A stretch of 64,000 nucleotides of DNA. Source: an uncultured Flavobacteriaceae bacterium (GTDB lineage Bacteria; Bacteroidota; Bacteroidia; Flavobacteriales; Flavobacteriaceae). The first letter of the stretch is position 1; every line of letters begins with the position of its first letter. The stretch is from assembly GCA_947494205.1 (NCBI GenBank), contig CANLUH010000004.1:152773-216772 (forward strand). The letters are read 5' to 3'. Under the pieces are notes generated by a model, which was given only the letters and a program-made list of their open reading frames with translations, was not told the origin of the DNA and did not search any database. The position numbers and the translations under genes were made by a program. Of this stretch, positions 39,291 through 48,745 are shown piece by piece.

Positions 39291-39363
39291 TCTGAGAGAC
39301 AGGAGTCGAACCTGCAACCTCTCGCATCCAAAGCGAGTAAACTATCCATCGTTATCCTCTCAG
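39291..39363 (-). tRNA. tRNA-Pro(TGG), second copy
   Basis: Acceptor CTGAGAG/CTCTCAG, anticodon arm CTCGC-TTTGGAT-GCGAG, T-arm GCAGG-TTCGACT-CCTGT. Confidence 0.6.
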
Positions 39364-39509
39364 TTTTGCGGAAGGAGTGGGAGTAGTTCATGTTTTTTCT
39401 ATTTTATTAAATAGGTATTCATGAATACTTTGTATTTCGAATCCACACGAGTCATTAACTCCGAACAGTTTTCAAGACTGTGGCCACCTCCTATTGCCCT
39501 TCCGTTTTG

Positions 39510-39582
39510 TTGACGCGGTGAGGATCGAACTCACGACCTCGGCATTAAAAGTACCTTGCTCTACCAACTAAGCTACACGTCA
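39510..39582 (-). tRNA. tRNA-Lys(TTT)
   Basis: Acceptor TGACGTG/CGCGTCA, D-arm GCTT-AGTTGGTA-GAGC, anticodon loop CTTTTAA (stem 4/5 paired), T-arm GTGAG-TTCGATC-CTCAC. Confidence 0.6.
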
Positions 39583-39809
39583 ATTTTTCTATATTTCTAT
39601 TTCAATGAACACCATAAAAAAAGCACCTCTTGTAACGGAAGGTGCTTTTTTTAAATCTATGTATACATCAACTCATGTATACACAACCTTCCTAGTATAT
39701 TTTATAAATCTTTCATCACAACTAAATGTTGCAACTGGTCTCGGCGAGCGAAACCAAAGATTTTGTTTAATTATATGTTGTAAATAATTCCTCATTATTG
39801 TTTTGTTAT

Positions 39810-40085
39810 TTTGATGGTGCAAATATGAAACGCTTTTTTGAATTACACAAGAAAAATTTAAATTTAATTAACTGATTATCAATTATTTATATTGTTTTTA
39901 GACACTATAATCCCTGTCCGTTTTTTAACGGATAATCAACATTTTTACAATAGCCTGTCTCACAATTGTTTTGCTGTTTCAAATTCTTATTTTACTGTTT
40001 TTAGTTTTTCAAATTCACTTAAAAATAATTTCAAAAAAAACGCCCAACTTTTAGGTTGGACGCTTTATGTTCTACTTTTAATTAT
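39810..40085. promoter_or_regulatory. conserved ~260-bp intergenic cassette (copy 2 of 3)
   Basis: Shares ggtgcaaatatgaaacgcttttttgaattacacaag...ccctgtccg...cctgtctcacaattg...aaaaaacgcccaacttttaggttggacgc with the copies at 23510 and 48495. Heads the large minus-strand tRNA array. Confidence 0.5.
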
Positions 40086-40220
40086 GGGTTAAATCATAAT
40101 TTATTTTTTTAAATAGGTATAAAACATCCTCTTAAGAAATTCAGTGCGATGACTGCTCTTCTATAATCATATTCACTAAAGCGCGATATGGGTTGTTTAT
40201 GTATTTGTTGTTTTCTCATC

Positions 40221-40520
40221 TTAATAATTCAAATGTTCTAAAACTTGTTCTATTCTTTTTTTAAATACTTCTTTATTTTCACATTGATTAAATAATCCAC
40301 TGGAAATATTTTTATGTGTTGACTTATTGATTTCTTTTACTAACTCTTCCAAATTATTTTTTATATCCAATTCATTATAATTTGTAATAATTTTCAGAAT
40401 ATTCTCTTCATCTAAAGCAAAAGCATCTATTCCACAACACTCAACTAAACAATGAATTTCTAAATCTTTCCAAAACTCTTCATTTTTTTCTAACAAAAAA
40501 TCTATTTCGAAATTTCCCAT
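40221..40520 (-). CDS. hypothetical protein
   Basis: 99-aa ORF downstream of two copies of the TACGCA-N8-TGCGTA operator-like motif (40546-40570 and 40716-40740). Confidence 0.35.
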   Translation of the reverse strand: MGNFEIDFLLEKNEEFWKDLEIHCLVECCGIDAFALDEENILKIITNYNELDIKNNLEELVKEINKSTHKNISSGLFNQCENKEVFKKRIEQVLEHLNY

Positions 40521-40769
40521 TCAACTATTTATTATTGACTCTACAAATATTCAGCTCTAATGCGCATTGTTTTTACGTAGTCAATTATTTTATTACAAAT
40601 GCTTTTAAAAACTCTGCCAGAATACAATTTCCGACAGAGCGTTTCTTAATTACTAAAAAATCAATTAATAGCACTAGTAACTAATTATTAATTACAGTGC
40701 AAATATTTAATAGTATTACGCAATGTTTTTACGTAGTAAATATTTTTATTAAAATTAATTATAGATTAT

Positions 40770-41822
40770 CTATAAGTTCTCTCTATTAGGGATTTCCTCT
40801 AAACTTAGCTCGAGAGCTAAGTTGATTATTTTCCTTGGTGTATATAACGTTTTTTCCAAATCACTTATTTGTAAGTTTTTCGAATTTGCTTTATAAAGAA
40901 AGCTACTGTAGCTTAATTTGGATATGCTTCTACCAAATTCATCTTTATATTTTTCTTTTAACTTTAAAGTAATTTCTTCTAATCGATTTTTTAATACTAC
41001 AATAGTCTTTAATAACTGATCAAGCCAGTTTTCAATCTCTTTCAAGAAATTCTTGACTTCAATTTCATTTTTATAGCTTAATTTTTTAATCTCATTACGA
41101 ATATGTTCAATCTTCATACCTTCCCAGTTTTTTGCTTTTAACACTGGTATTTGCCACTTTGACTGTGCTGCTTTCCAATAATCTGTTTTCACTTTTACTT
41201 GATGTATTTTAAATCCTGGAAGTTCAATAATAGTTAGATGTCCGCCATGACATGCTCCTGTATCTATACCATAAGTATTATTCTTAATTTTTGGAGTATC
41301 ACCAACGACATGATGCCCATAGATTATAGGTTTTGTTCCTTTGTAATAGTCTGACCAATATTTACCTTCTTCATATTTAGTTTCAAGATGCCTACTTCCA
41401 GAAGTTGTTCCAGCCAAAACTTCTTTCTTTTGCTCACTTAATATTTTGTCATGCTCAAAAAAAGCATGAACTATTATAGCGTCATTTGTTTCATAATAAT
41501 AAGGAAGTGTTTCTAACCATTCTTTAAATTCTTTATATTCATCAGCAAATTGAACTTTTACTATCTCTTGAGAATAACTTAAAACACCTCTTAAATGTTT
41601 TCTCTCATGATTACCCATTAACACTATTGCATTATCTCGTTTTTTAAAATAGTTATATAGTTCTAATGATTTGTTTCCTCTGTCTACAAGATCTCCGAGT
41701 GAAATTATTAAATCACTTTCGGTTATTCCTATTTGATTCGATAGTTCTATAAACTCATCATAGCATCCATGTAAATCTCCTACTATGTATGTTTTCTTCA
41801 TTTTTTTGGGTTTTAGACACAC
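40770..41822 (-). CDS. PPP-family (lambda-phosphatase-like) Ser/Thr or nucleic-acid phosphoesterase with C-terminal extension
   Basis: GDLHGCYDEF, GDLVDRGNKS and GNHE metallophosphatase motifs, plus a ~130-aa coiled-coil-like tail. Confidence 0.75.
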   Translation of the reverse strand: MCLKPKKMKKTYIVGDLHGCYDEFIELSNQIGITESDLIISLGDLVDRGNKSLELYNYFKKRDNAIVLMGNHERKHLRGVLSYSQEIVKVQFADEYKEFKEWLETLPYYYETNDAIIVHAFFEHDKILSEQKKEVLAGTTSGSRHLETKYEEGKYWSDYYKGTKPIIYGHHVVGDTPKIKNNTYGIDTGACHGGHLTIIELPGFKIHQVKVKTDYWKAAQSKWQIPVLKAKNWEGMKIEHIRNEIKKLSYKNEIEVKNFLKEIENWLDQLLKTIVVLKNRLEEITLKLKEKYKDEFGRSISKLSYSSFLYKANSKNLQISDLEKTLYTPRKIINLALELSLEEIPNRENL

Positions 41823-41861
41823 ATTAAGAGCTATTATAATTACTCTTAATGTGTAGTCATT

Positions 41862-42431
41862 CTATTTTCTTTTTTCAAATGGGGGCTCCCATTTTTTCAA
41901 TTTCATGATGGCTTTTACTTCAGCATAGGATAACGGATAAAAGTCATGACAGTCTACGCCTACATCGAATGCATTCATGGTTTCATCGTCTTGTAAGCTT
42001 CCGTGCGAGTGTCCGTATAAATGCCATGTTCCTCGAAAACTGGATCGCCAAACACGCATAGCGTAGTGTAACAATATAATTTTCTGTTTACCATTTGGTG
42101 CTTCTTCATCGGCAACATTTAATTCGAAATAGTCTTTTGTCCATTCAAATCGATTAGTATTAGACATCGCTGCGCCTTCGTGATTACCTTTTATTAAATA
42201 GATTTTACCATTTAATTGCTCTAAAATACCTTTCATTCTATCGGCTTTGCACAAGCCTAAATCTCCCAAATGATAGACCTTATCATTTTTACCAATTTTA
42301 CTGTTCCATCGTTTTATAAGTTCTTGATCCATTTCTTCTACTGTATTAAATGGACGGTTAGAGAACTTTATAATATTTTCGTGACCAAAGTGATGGTCTG
42401 ATGTAAAATATACATCTGTTGCATACTTCAT
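41862..42431 (-). CDS. calcineurin-like metallophosphoesterase
   Basis: DHHFGHE, GDLG and GNHE motifs; 189 aa. Confidence 0.7.
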   Translation of the reverse strand: MKYATDVYFTSDHHFGHENIIKFSNRPFNTVEEMDQELIKRWNSKIGKNDKVYHLGDLGLCKADRMKGILEQLNGKIYLIKGNHEGAAMSNTNRFEWTKDYFELNVADEEAPNGKQKIILLHYAMRVWRSSFRGTWHLYGHSHGSLQDDETMNAFDVGVDCHDFYPLSYAEVKAIMKLKKWEPPFEKRK

Positions 42432-42665
42432 TGTATTTATATTTTTTAATGTGATTGTCTAAAAACTATGCAACTCATTCATAATATGATTCTTTTTGAA
42501 TTCTCGTTTTGAATTACTCACTCTAATGTTTGCCTATATTATTGGTTTTAAATAAGCTTCGCTATTTTCTTAAAACCTTCCGATTTTTTCATTCTGAAAA
42601 AACCACCTTCCTTCAAATGAAGGAAGGAATAAACATCTGAATTTATTTTAAACAATCTCTATTGA

Positions 42666-43199
42666 TTATTTTTTCTTTTTACTCTTCTTATTCTTCGCTT
42701 TTGTTTTCTTCTTACTTGGTTTCATTTTACTCTTTATTCTGCTTATTTCAATATCAATATAGCTAATAAAAGAATCGTTATAACCAAATTGTTTAGCTGT
42801 CTTAAAGGCTTTTATAGCGTTTTTATACTGTTGTTTTATTTCAAACAATTGTCCTTGCTTATCCCAAATACAGCCTTTATCTATTCCTTTTACAGTTAAT
42901 GCAAAATCGATTAGTTTTTGTGCTTCATTAAAATCGTCATTCCACAATAATGTTTGTATATACTTATAATATACTTTTTGAAAATCCATTTTATTAGCTA
43001 ATGCTTCTGCATAATATATTTTTGCTTGTTCGTAATCTCCTAATTGCTCTGCTTGTATTTGCCCCATTAAATATAAAGCATATACATTTTCAGATTCGTA
43101 TGACAAAGCGTAGTTTAAATTTTCTACAGCTTCTTCTAACTCGTATGGATAAGCATCTATAGCTTTAAGCACGTAATTATTTAATAAACTTGTTTCCAT
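42666..43199 (-). CDS. TPR-repeat protein with lysine-rich C-terminus
   Basis: TPR-like Y/A/L periodicity and a C-terminal KKKTKAKNKKSKKKK stretch. Confidence 0.55.
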   Translation of the reverse strand: METSLLNNYVLKAIDAYPYELEEAVENLNYALSYESENVYALYLMGQIQAEQLGDYEQAKIYYAEALANKMDFQKVYYKYIQTLLWNDDFNEAQKLIDFALTVKGIDKGCIWDKQGQLFEIKQQYKNAIKAFKTAKQFGYNDSFISYIDIEISRIKSKMKPSKKKTKAKNKKSKKKK

Positions 43200-43296
43200 C
43201 GTTTTAAGTTTTTAAGATTAAAAGTAAGCGTGTCTCGATACACTTTTTATTCGTTTCTCTTAGAAAAACCACTCGACATGACGTACTTTTAAACTA

Positions 43297-43989
43297 TTAT
43301 TTTAATTCATTACGCAGGTCATTTTTTAATGTACTGCGTTGTTTTTTATAAGTTTTCACAACTTTGTTTTTCTTAAAATCGGATCCTTTAAAAACCTGTA
43401 TTGGGTTACCTCGTTCTAATTTTAAATGGTTTTCCCATTGATTTTTAATACTAGATTTAAGTGCTTTAAGTTGTAACTCGTTTACTTTTTCTTGTAAACG
43501 TATTCTTGCTATTTTTTTATTTTGATGTTGTGAGCGGCTATCCATTACTAACACTTGCGTATTAGTTGGTTTATGGATAGCCCTAATAGCGGAGCTCACT
43601 TTATTTACATGTTGCCCTCCTGGCCCTGAACTTCTTGTAGCTTGATAGTTAATATCTTTTTCATGTATCTGAAATTGTTGTTTTTGTTCAATTTCGTATA
43701 GCCCAACAAACCAGTTTTTACGTTTATGTTTTGGCCTAAATGTTGAAACTCCTATCCATTGTATTGTGCCTTTCCATTGATTTAAAAATGTACTTAGATC
43801 TTTTCCTTCCAACTGAATCGTGACAGATTGTAATGTCATGTTTTCAATTCCTTTTTCTCTTTGTAATATTTTATAATCTATAGTATTGCTTTTTACGGCG
43901 TCTAAAAATTTCTTTAATACTTGTGCTACAACCCAGCAACATTCTGCTGGACCTCGACCAGAGGTTATTTGTACTATTTTTGTTTCCAA
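43297..43989 (-). CDS. prfH: peptide chain release factor H-like (PrfH), GGQ-domain protein
   Basis: SSGPGGQHVNKVSSAIRAIHKPTNT...RSQHQNK matches the class-I RF catalytic domain. At 230 aa it lacks RF domain 1, as PrfH does. Located two genes from rtcB. Confidence 0.8.
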   Translation of the reverse strand: METKIVQITSGRGPAECCWVVAQVLKKFLDAVKSNTIDYKILQREKGIENMTLQSVTIQLEGKDLSTFLNQWKGTIQWIGVSTFRPKHKRKNWFVGLYEIEQKQQFQIHEKDINYQATRSSGPGGQHVNKVSSAIRAIHKPTNTQVLVMDSRSQHQNKKIARIRLQEKVNELQLKALKSSIKNQWENHLKLERGNPIQVFKGSDFKKNKVVKTYKKQRSTLKNDLRNELK

Positions 43990-43993
43990 TGTT

Positions 43994-44548
43994 TTATGTT
44001 TTTTCTAAAGGATTTTTAGAAAGTAATACATTACCTACTGGACTTTTACCTTTTTCAATGAGTTGTAACGCGGCTTTTACTGCCCAACATTTATCGCTAG
44101 AATGAATGTTAGAGTAATAGCTTAATAGTGTTTTAGGCTCTACTATTTTCCAGCCGTTTACTTCTATAGCTTCTACAGTAGCCGATTCGAAAAAGTCTAT
44201 AGTTACTCTTATTTGTTTTCCAGAGCTTAACCAATCAATCTTTTCGTAACGTCTAAAATTCTCATTACTTGGCATGTGATCGTATCTTGTCCACACTTTT
44301 TTAAAGCCTTCTTGTGCTAATATTACCATAACTTCTGCAACGTCTTTTGGACGCACAAAAATGTCTATATCCTTATGATCATGTGCATGTTTATATTCTG
44401 TATGGTCTTCTGGTGACATAAAATGCCATGCCCAACCTCCAGAGATTATAATCCATGATTTTAATTTATTTAAAATGTCCAAACCTTGTTCTATTCTATA
44501 GTTTGGCCATTGTTCTCCGTATCTTTTTATGTTATGATTTGCTCCCAT
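43994..44548 (-). CDS. hypothetical protein, possible minimal nucleotidyltransferase
   Basis: The ISGGWAW...HKDIDIFVRP pattern loosely resembles a GS/DxD NTase core. Assignment is weak. Confidence 0.35.
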   Translation of the reverse strand: MGANHNIKRYGEQWPNYRIEQGLDILNKLKSWIIISGGWAWHFMSPEDHTEYKHAHDHKDIDIFVRPKDVAEVMVILAQEGFKKVWTRYDHMPSNENFRRYEKIDWLSSGKQIRVTIDFFESATVEAIEVNGWKIVEPKTLLSYYSNIHSSDKCWAVKAALQLIEKGKSPVGNVLLSKNPLEKT

Positions 44549-44677
44549 TTTTTTTAGTCTTTAGCTATTAGCGTTAATTGAAATTCTACATTGCGTTAGG
44601 GATTGAGGCATTTGTTGAAGCTCCTCGCAGAGAGCGACTGCCAAAAGCCCGACCCTTGTGGTAACGCCAAAAACTTA

Positions 44678-46069
44678 TTACCTATCCATTCTCACAATTT
44701 TTGGCGTAAACTTACCTACAACCTCTACCAATTCTAATTGATTTTGCATGACTTTTTCTATGTTTTTATAAGCCATTGGTGCTTCGTCTATTCCGCCACC
44801 TATTAATGAGACTTCATGTTTTTGTAATTCTTTTTTAACTGCACTTTGCGTTAACTTCATTTTACATTGTCGTCTAGACAATAATCGTCCAGCGCCGTGC
44901 GATGCCGATTGTAAACTGTCCTTATTTCCTAATCCTCTTACTATAAATCCTGGCGCTGTCATAGACCCTGGGATAATACCTAATTCTCCTTTTTTGGCTG
45001 GTGTTGCTCCTTTTCTATGTACTATACATTCTTCACCATTTACCTCTTGTTTCCAAGCAAAATTGTGATGATTTTCTATTTTAGCAATTGGTCTTTCTCC
45101 TAATAGTTTTGCTATTCTTTTATGAATATCATCATGGCAAGCTTGCGCATAATCTCCAGCTAAATTCATGGCCAACCAATATTCTTGTCCGTCGTGCGTA
45201 TTTAAATCTAACCATGCTAAATGCTGTACATGTTTTGGCAACGGACATTGTTTTGTTGCTAAATAGGTATAGTGTTTTGCGATGTTAGCACCTAATCCTC
45301 GTGATCCACTGTGCGATAAAACGCCTAGATATTCTCCTATTGGTAAATCCCATTCGTTGTTTACATCTAGAATACTTACTTCTCCAAATTCTACAAAATG
45401 GTTTCCTCCTCCAGAGGTTCCTAATTGCTTATAGGCTTTATCTTTTAAGCGTTTTACTAACGGAATGGTTTTAAATTCGTCACGCTCAAAAACTGGGCTA
45501 TCATGTTTTATTTTATGCGTTTCGTACATTCCAAATTTGGTATGTTCGGATAAAATATTTTCCAATTGATGCTTTTTCCCCTTTAAGTAAGAAGCTTTTA
45601 CTGGATAAATGGTTAAACACATTCTGCACCCAATATCTACACCTACCCCATAAGGTATTACTGCATTTTTTGTGGCTAATACACCACCAATTGGTAAGCC
45701 ATAACCTACATGTGCATCTGGCATTAAAGCCCCTGCAACAGAAATTGGCAATTTTAAAGCATCGTATAATTGGTATTTTGCCTGCTCTTCAATTTCGTTT
45801 TCGCCATAAATATGGAATGGTGCTCTGTGAGTGTTTAACTTTTGTTTTGTTACATGTACAGGATCTAACAGACTTTCTGCTATTTTCCCCCAAACGCCAT
45901 CACCTTTATAGTGTTCTGGATTTAATAATACCTTTTTTGCTTCTGTTAATATTTTTTCTTTTTTTACTCGTTTCTGATAACGATTAATCTGACCTAAAGT
46001 CACATTAATACTATTGTTCTTTGGAAAGCCTAATTTTATTAAGTCTTTTCCGCTTAATTTTTTTCCCAT
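44678..46069 (-). CDS. rtcB: RNA 3'-phosphate/5'-OH ligase RtcB
   Basis: 463 aa with the C-terminal SASHGAGRLLSRRQ signature and an internal conserved His-rich region typical of RtcB. Confidence 0.9.
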   Translation of the reverse strand: MGKKLSGKDLIKLGFPKNNSINVTLGQINRYQKRVKKEKILTEAKKVLLNPEHYKGDGVWGKIAESLLDPVHVTKQKLNTHRAPFHIYGENEIEEQAKYQLYDALKLPISVAGALMPDAHVGYGLPIGGVLATKNAVIPYGVGVDIGCRMCLTIYPVKASYLKGKKHQLENILSEHTKFGMYETHKIKHDSPVFERDEFKTIPLVKRLKDKAYKQLGTSGGGNHFVEFGEVSILDVNNEWDLPIGEYLGVLSHSGSRGLGANIAKHYTYLATKQCPLPKHVQHLAWLDLNTHDGQEYWLAMNLAGDYAQACHDDIHKRIAKLLGERPIAKIENHHNFAWKQEVNGEECIVHRKGATPAKKGELGIIPGSMTAPGFIVRGLGNKDSLQSASHGAGRLLSRRQCKMKLTQSAVKKELQKHEVSLIGGGIDEAPMAYKNIEKVMQNQLELVEVVGKFTPKIVRMDR

Positions 46070-46114
46070 TGTTTTTCGTTTTAAGAAAAGGTGCTTTTTA
46101 TTTACCTTCTCTTT

Positions 46115-47497
46115 TTAATACATTGACATTCTTAAAATTAAATACGCAATCCAGAAGATTACTTTTAAAATTAACACCAAATTATAATCACCAGCTTCGT
46201 TTCCAGACATCTGTCTTCTTTCTATTAATCTGGCATGTGCAGTTCTTTCTTGATTTTGGGGCTGATATGGTCTTTCATACCCCATTTCTCTTTTGCGTCT
46301 AACTTGCGAATTACTAATCCAAAGGTTTATTAACTCGACAGATTTACTATCAATTTCTTGATTGCATTTTGCCTTAGCTTGAACAATTTCAAAACTTGGC
46401 AATTCTATTTCAACAGTTGCTAGTCGTTTCATTGGTTCGCCTTCAACTTCTCGCCTTAAAGAAAAAATGGAACACCTACCTTCATCACAATCTTCAGCAT
46501 ATTCAGAAACACAGTGCTGCATTTCATTACCTTCATCATATAAATCCCCTGAATTTAAAAGCTCTTCTGTTTTATAAACAACAGTTTTGCCTTCCACATT
46601 TTCTTCAATCCGTAAATGTTTAATCCCTGAAGATTTCCACGAAAAAACGTCTCCTTTTTCTTTTAAATAAACATTACGATGCCATTCTTGAGTTTGATTT
46701 AACAAAACGTCTAATGTTCTATTTTTAATTGAATAGGATTGATTTTCACGGTATTTATATGCTAAATAATCGACTACTTCATTTAGTTCATTAGTATTTA
46801 AATTTTCTTCTTTTGAAAAAAACTGAACTACCGATGTCCAAAAATCTTCCTGAGCTTCTCGAAATATTGATAATCTTGAAAAAGCTATTATTTTCGCTGT
46901 TTTTGTTGAAGCTCCAAAACCTAATGCCTGCGCATAACGTAAAGCAGCATTTACAGACATAATACATGTTATATTTCTAAATTCATGCGCCATTTTAACT
47001 GTTAGGTTTATTGGCATATTAGGCAAACTTTTTACACTTTTTCCTTTTCCTAATTGAATATACCAAAGCATCTGTTTTTTATTATTTATAAAAAATGATT
47101 GCTCTAAAAACTTTGGCGTTTCATAGAGTGCAAAACAGTACTTAATTATCGAACTTAGTAGCTCTGCTTCCTCTATTGAATCCTTTCTCCAGCCTTCGAT
47201 ATCCCTTTTAATTCTATCTCCAAAACCACTGATATTGTGTAAAACTTCAACATTATTATAATTTCTTAATAAAGCATAACATTTTTGATTATATAACTGA
47301 ATCAAAAGCTTTTTAAAAACATCTCTTTTCCATATGTGTCTTTTCTTACTCGTTTTAGAGAAAAATTCTCTTAGCATTGATTCTATTGTCCCTTTATAAC
47401 GGGTTGGTTGATTTTTTTCGTTATATATTCTTTCAACTAATTTTACATAACTACCTTTTTCTATATTCTTGTTTTTTATTTCCCAATTTGTTTTCAT
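46115..47497 (-). CDS. hypothetical protein (460 aa; possible PcfJ-like/zincin-like EMQHC motif)
   Basis: Long ORF with a C-terminal GNEMQHCVSEYAEDC motif. No secure family assignment. Confidence 0.4.
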   Translation of the reverse strand: MKTNWEIKNKNIEKGSYVKLVERIYNEKNQPTRYKGTIESMLREFFSKTSKKRHIWKRDVFKKLLIQLYNQKCYALLRNYNNVEVLHNISGFGDRIKRDIEGWRKDSIEEAELLSSIIKYCFALYETPKFLEQSFFINNKKQMLWYIQLGKGKSVKSLPNMPINLTVKMAHEFRNITCIMSVNAALRYAQALGFGASTKTAKIIAFSRLSIFREAQEDFWTSVVQFFSKEENLNTNELNEVVDYLAYKYRENQSYSIKNRTLDVLLNQTQEWHRNVYLKEKGDVFSWKSSGIKHLRIEENVEGKTVVYKTEELLNSGDLYDEGNEMQHCVSEYAEDCDEGRCSIFSLRREVEGEPMKRLATVEIELPSFEIVQAKAKCNQEIDSKSVELINLWISNSQVRRKREMGYERPYQPQNQERTAHARLIERRQMSGNEAGDYNLVLILKVIFWIAYLILRMSMY

Positions 47498-48494
47498 TTT
47501 AAAGTTCGCTACTAAAGGTTATTGCCCATGTAAAACCACTTAAAATCTTAACACATAGTATGAATTTATATGTGTATGAAATTATTTTCTAATTTGACTT
47601 TTGCTACGTAATGAAAAAGTATTGTTTTAATTAATAATTATTTTGAACTTGTGTATTATATATAAGCTCAAGAAAACTTTATTTATAAGCTTCTTTTTGG
47701 AATATTAATATAGCATCGTGTTTTTATTTTATGCTTTCTTTCATAAACTGAAATAGAATGCATAACCGTTTTACACCATTACTTAGCTTATTATACTATT
47801 TTTACTTAGCACATAAATAGCCCTATAGATAAGACTCTTAGGAATTTGACGTAGCTAGTTTTTATTTGGTTACCCTCAAAATTTCTCTTTACCTGCTTAA
47901 TAAACGTCGGACTTCCTTTTGTCTTTATTTTTTATGTTTTCTGGTTTCTTTAGACGTTTTAATAATTGTTTGCCTGTTTAGATGATTCCAGTATCACTCC
48001 CGATGTGGAATCGGTATTTAGATTGTATGTAAGTGTTTCATTTTTAAATTTTGTGTTGTGAATTGCATTTTGAATCGTGTCGACTACGACCAAACTACCA
48101 TTCTGGTTGTGTTGTTTCATACCAATTACAACTTAAATCGAGCTAAATAAAACGCCCTTTTTTCCTTTATTTATTATTAAAAAAAGAAACCGTAACTATG
48201 GCTATGATTTATTTTTTATAATTCAACTAAAGAAAAAAATCATCATTTTATTTTAATCTCTTTTTAAATTATAATTGGTATAACTGTTTGGATGTTTTTT
48301 AGCAGACTTGCTAATGACTGAAAACAAAAAACCCGAAACAGTTTTTAAATTGCTTCGGGTTTTTCATTTATCTATGAAAAGTGGTATTAACTATACGCTC
48401 GAAGCACAACAAAAGGTAGAATTCCTTTTGGATCGGTTTGATTAGATATAAATAAACTCATACTTCGATTTTAGTTAAACTTAATTTTGTTGCT

Positions 48495-48745
48495 TTATTG
48501 CGATGCAAATATGTAATGTATTTTTCAATTACACAAATAAAATATCGATTTTATTTCATTGATAATCAGGTATTTAAAACCAAATAAGACAATATTATCC
48601 CTGTCCGAATAGCTTCAGATTTGTAATCCCTTGGCGATGCGCTATGTAGTTATTTAAGACACAACTTCTAGGCATTCATAGATTTTTAAAATTTTTATAA
48701 AAAAAACGTCCAAATTTAATTATTTGGACGTTTTTTTTTATTTTC
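48495..48745. promoter_or_regulatory. conserved ~260-bp intergenic cassette (copy 3 of 3)
   Basis: cgatgcaaatatgtaatg...ccctgtccg...aaaaaaacgtccaaatttaattatttggacgttttttttt. On the minus strand it faces the ORF-free 47500-48490 stretch. Confidence 0.45.

Noticed and set aside
39605-40092. Two 60-66-aa ORFs
   Set aside because: They lie inside conserved cassette copy 2 (terminator, leader and promoter). The homologous cassettes do not preserve the reading frame.
47500-48490. Calling a specific ncRNA family (e.g. GOLLD/ROOL) for the ORF-free stretches
   Set aside because: I cannot recall and match consensus motifs for these families reliably from memory, so I left this as a candidate only.
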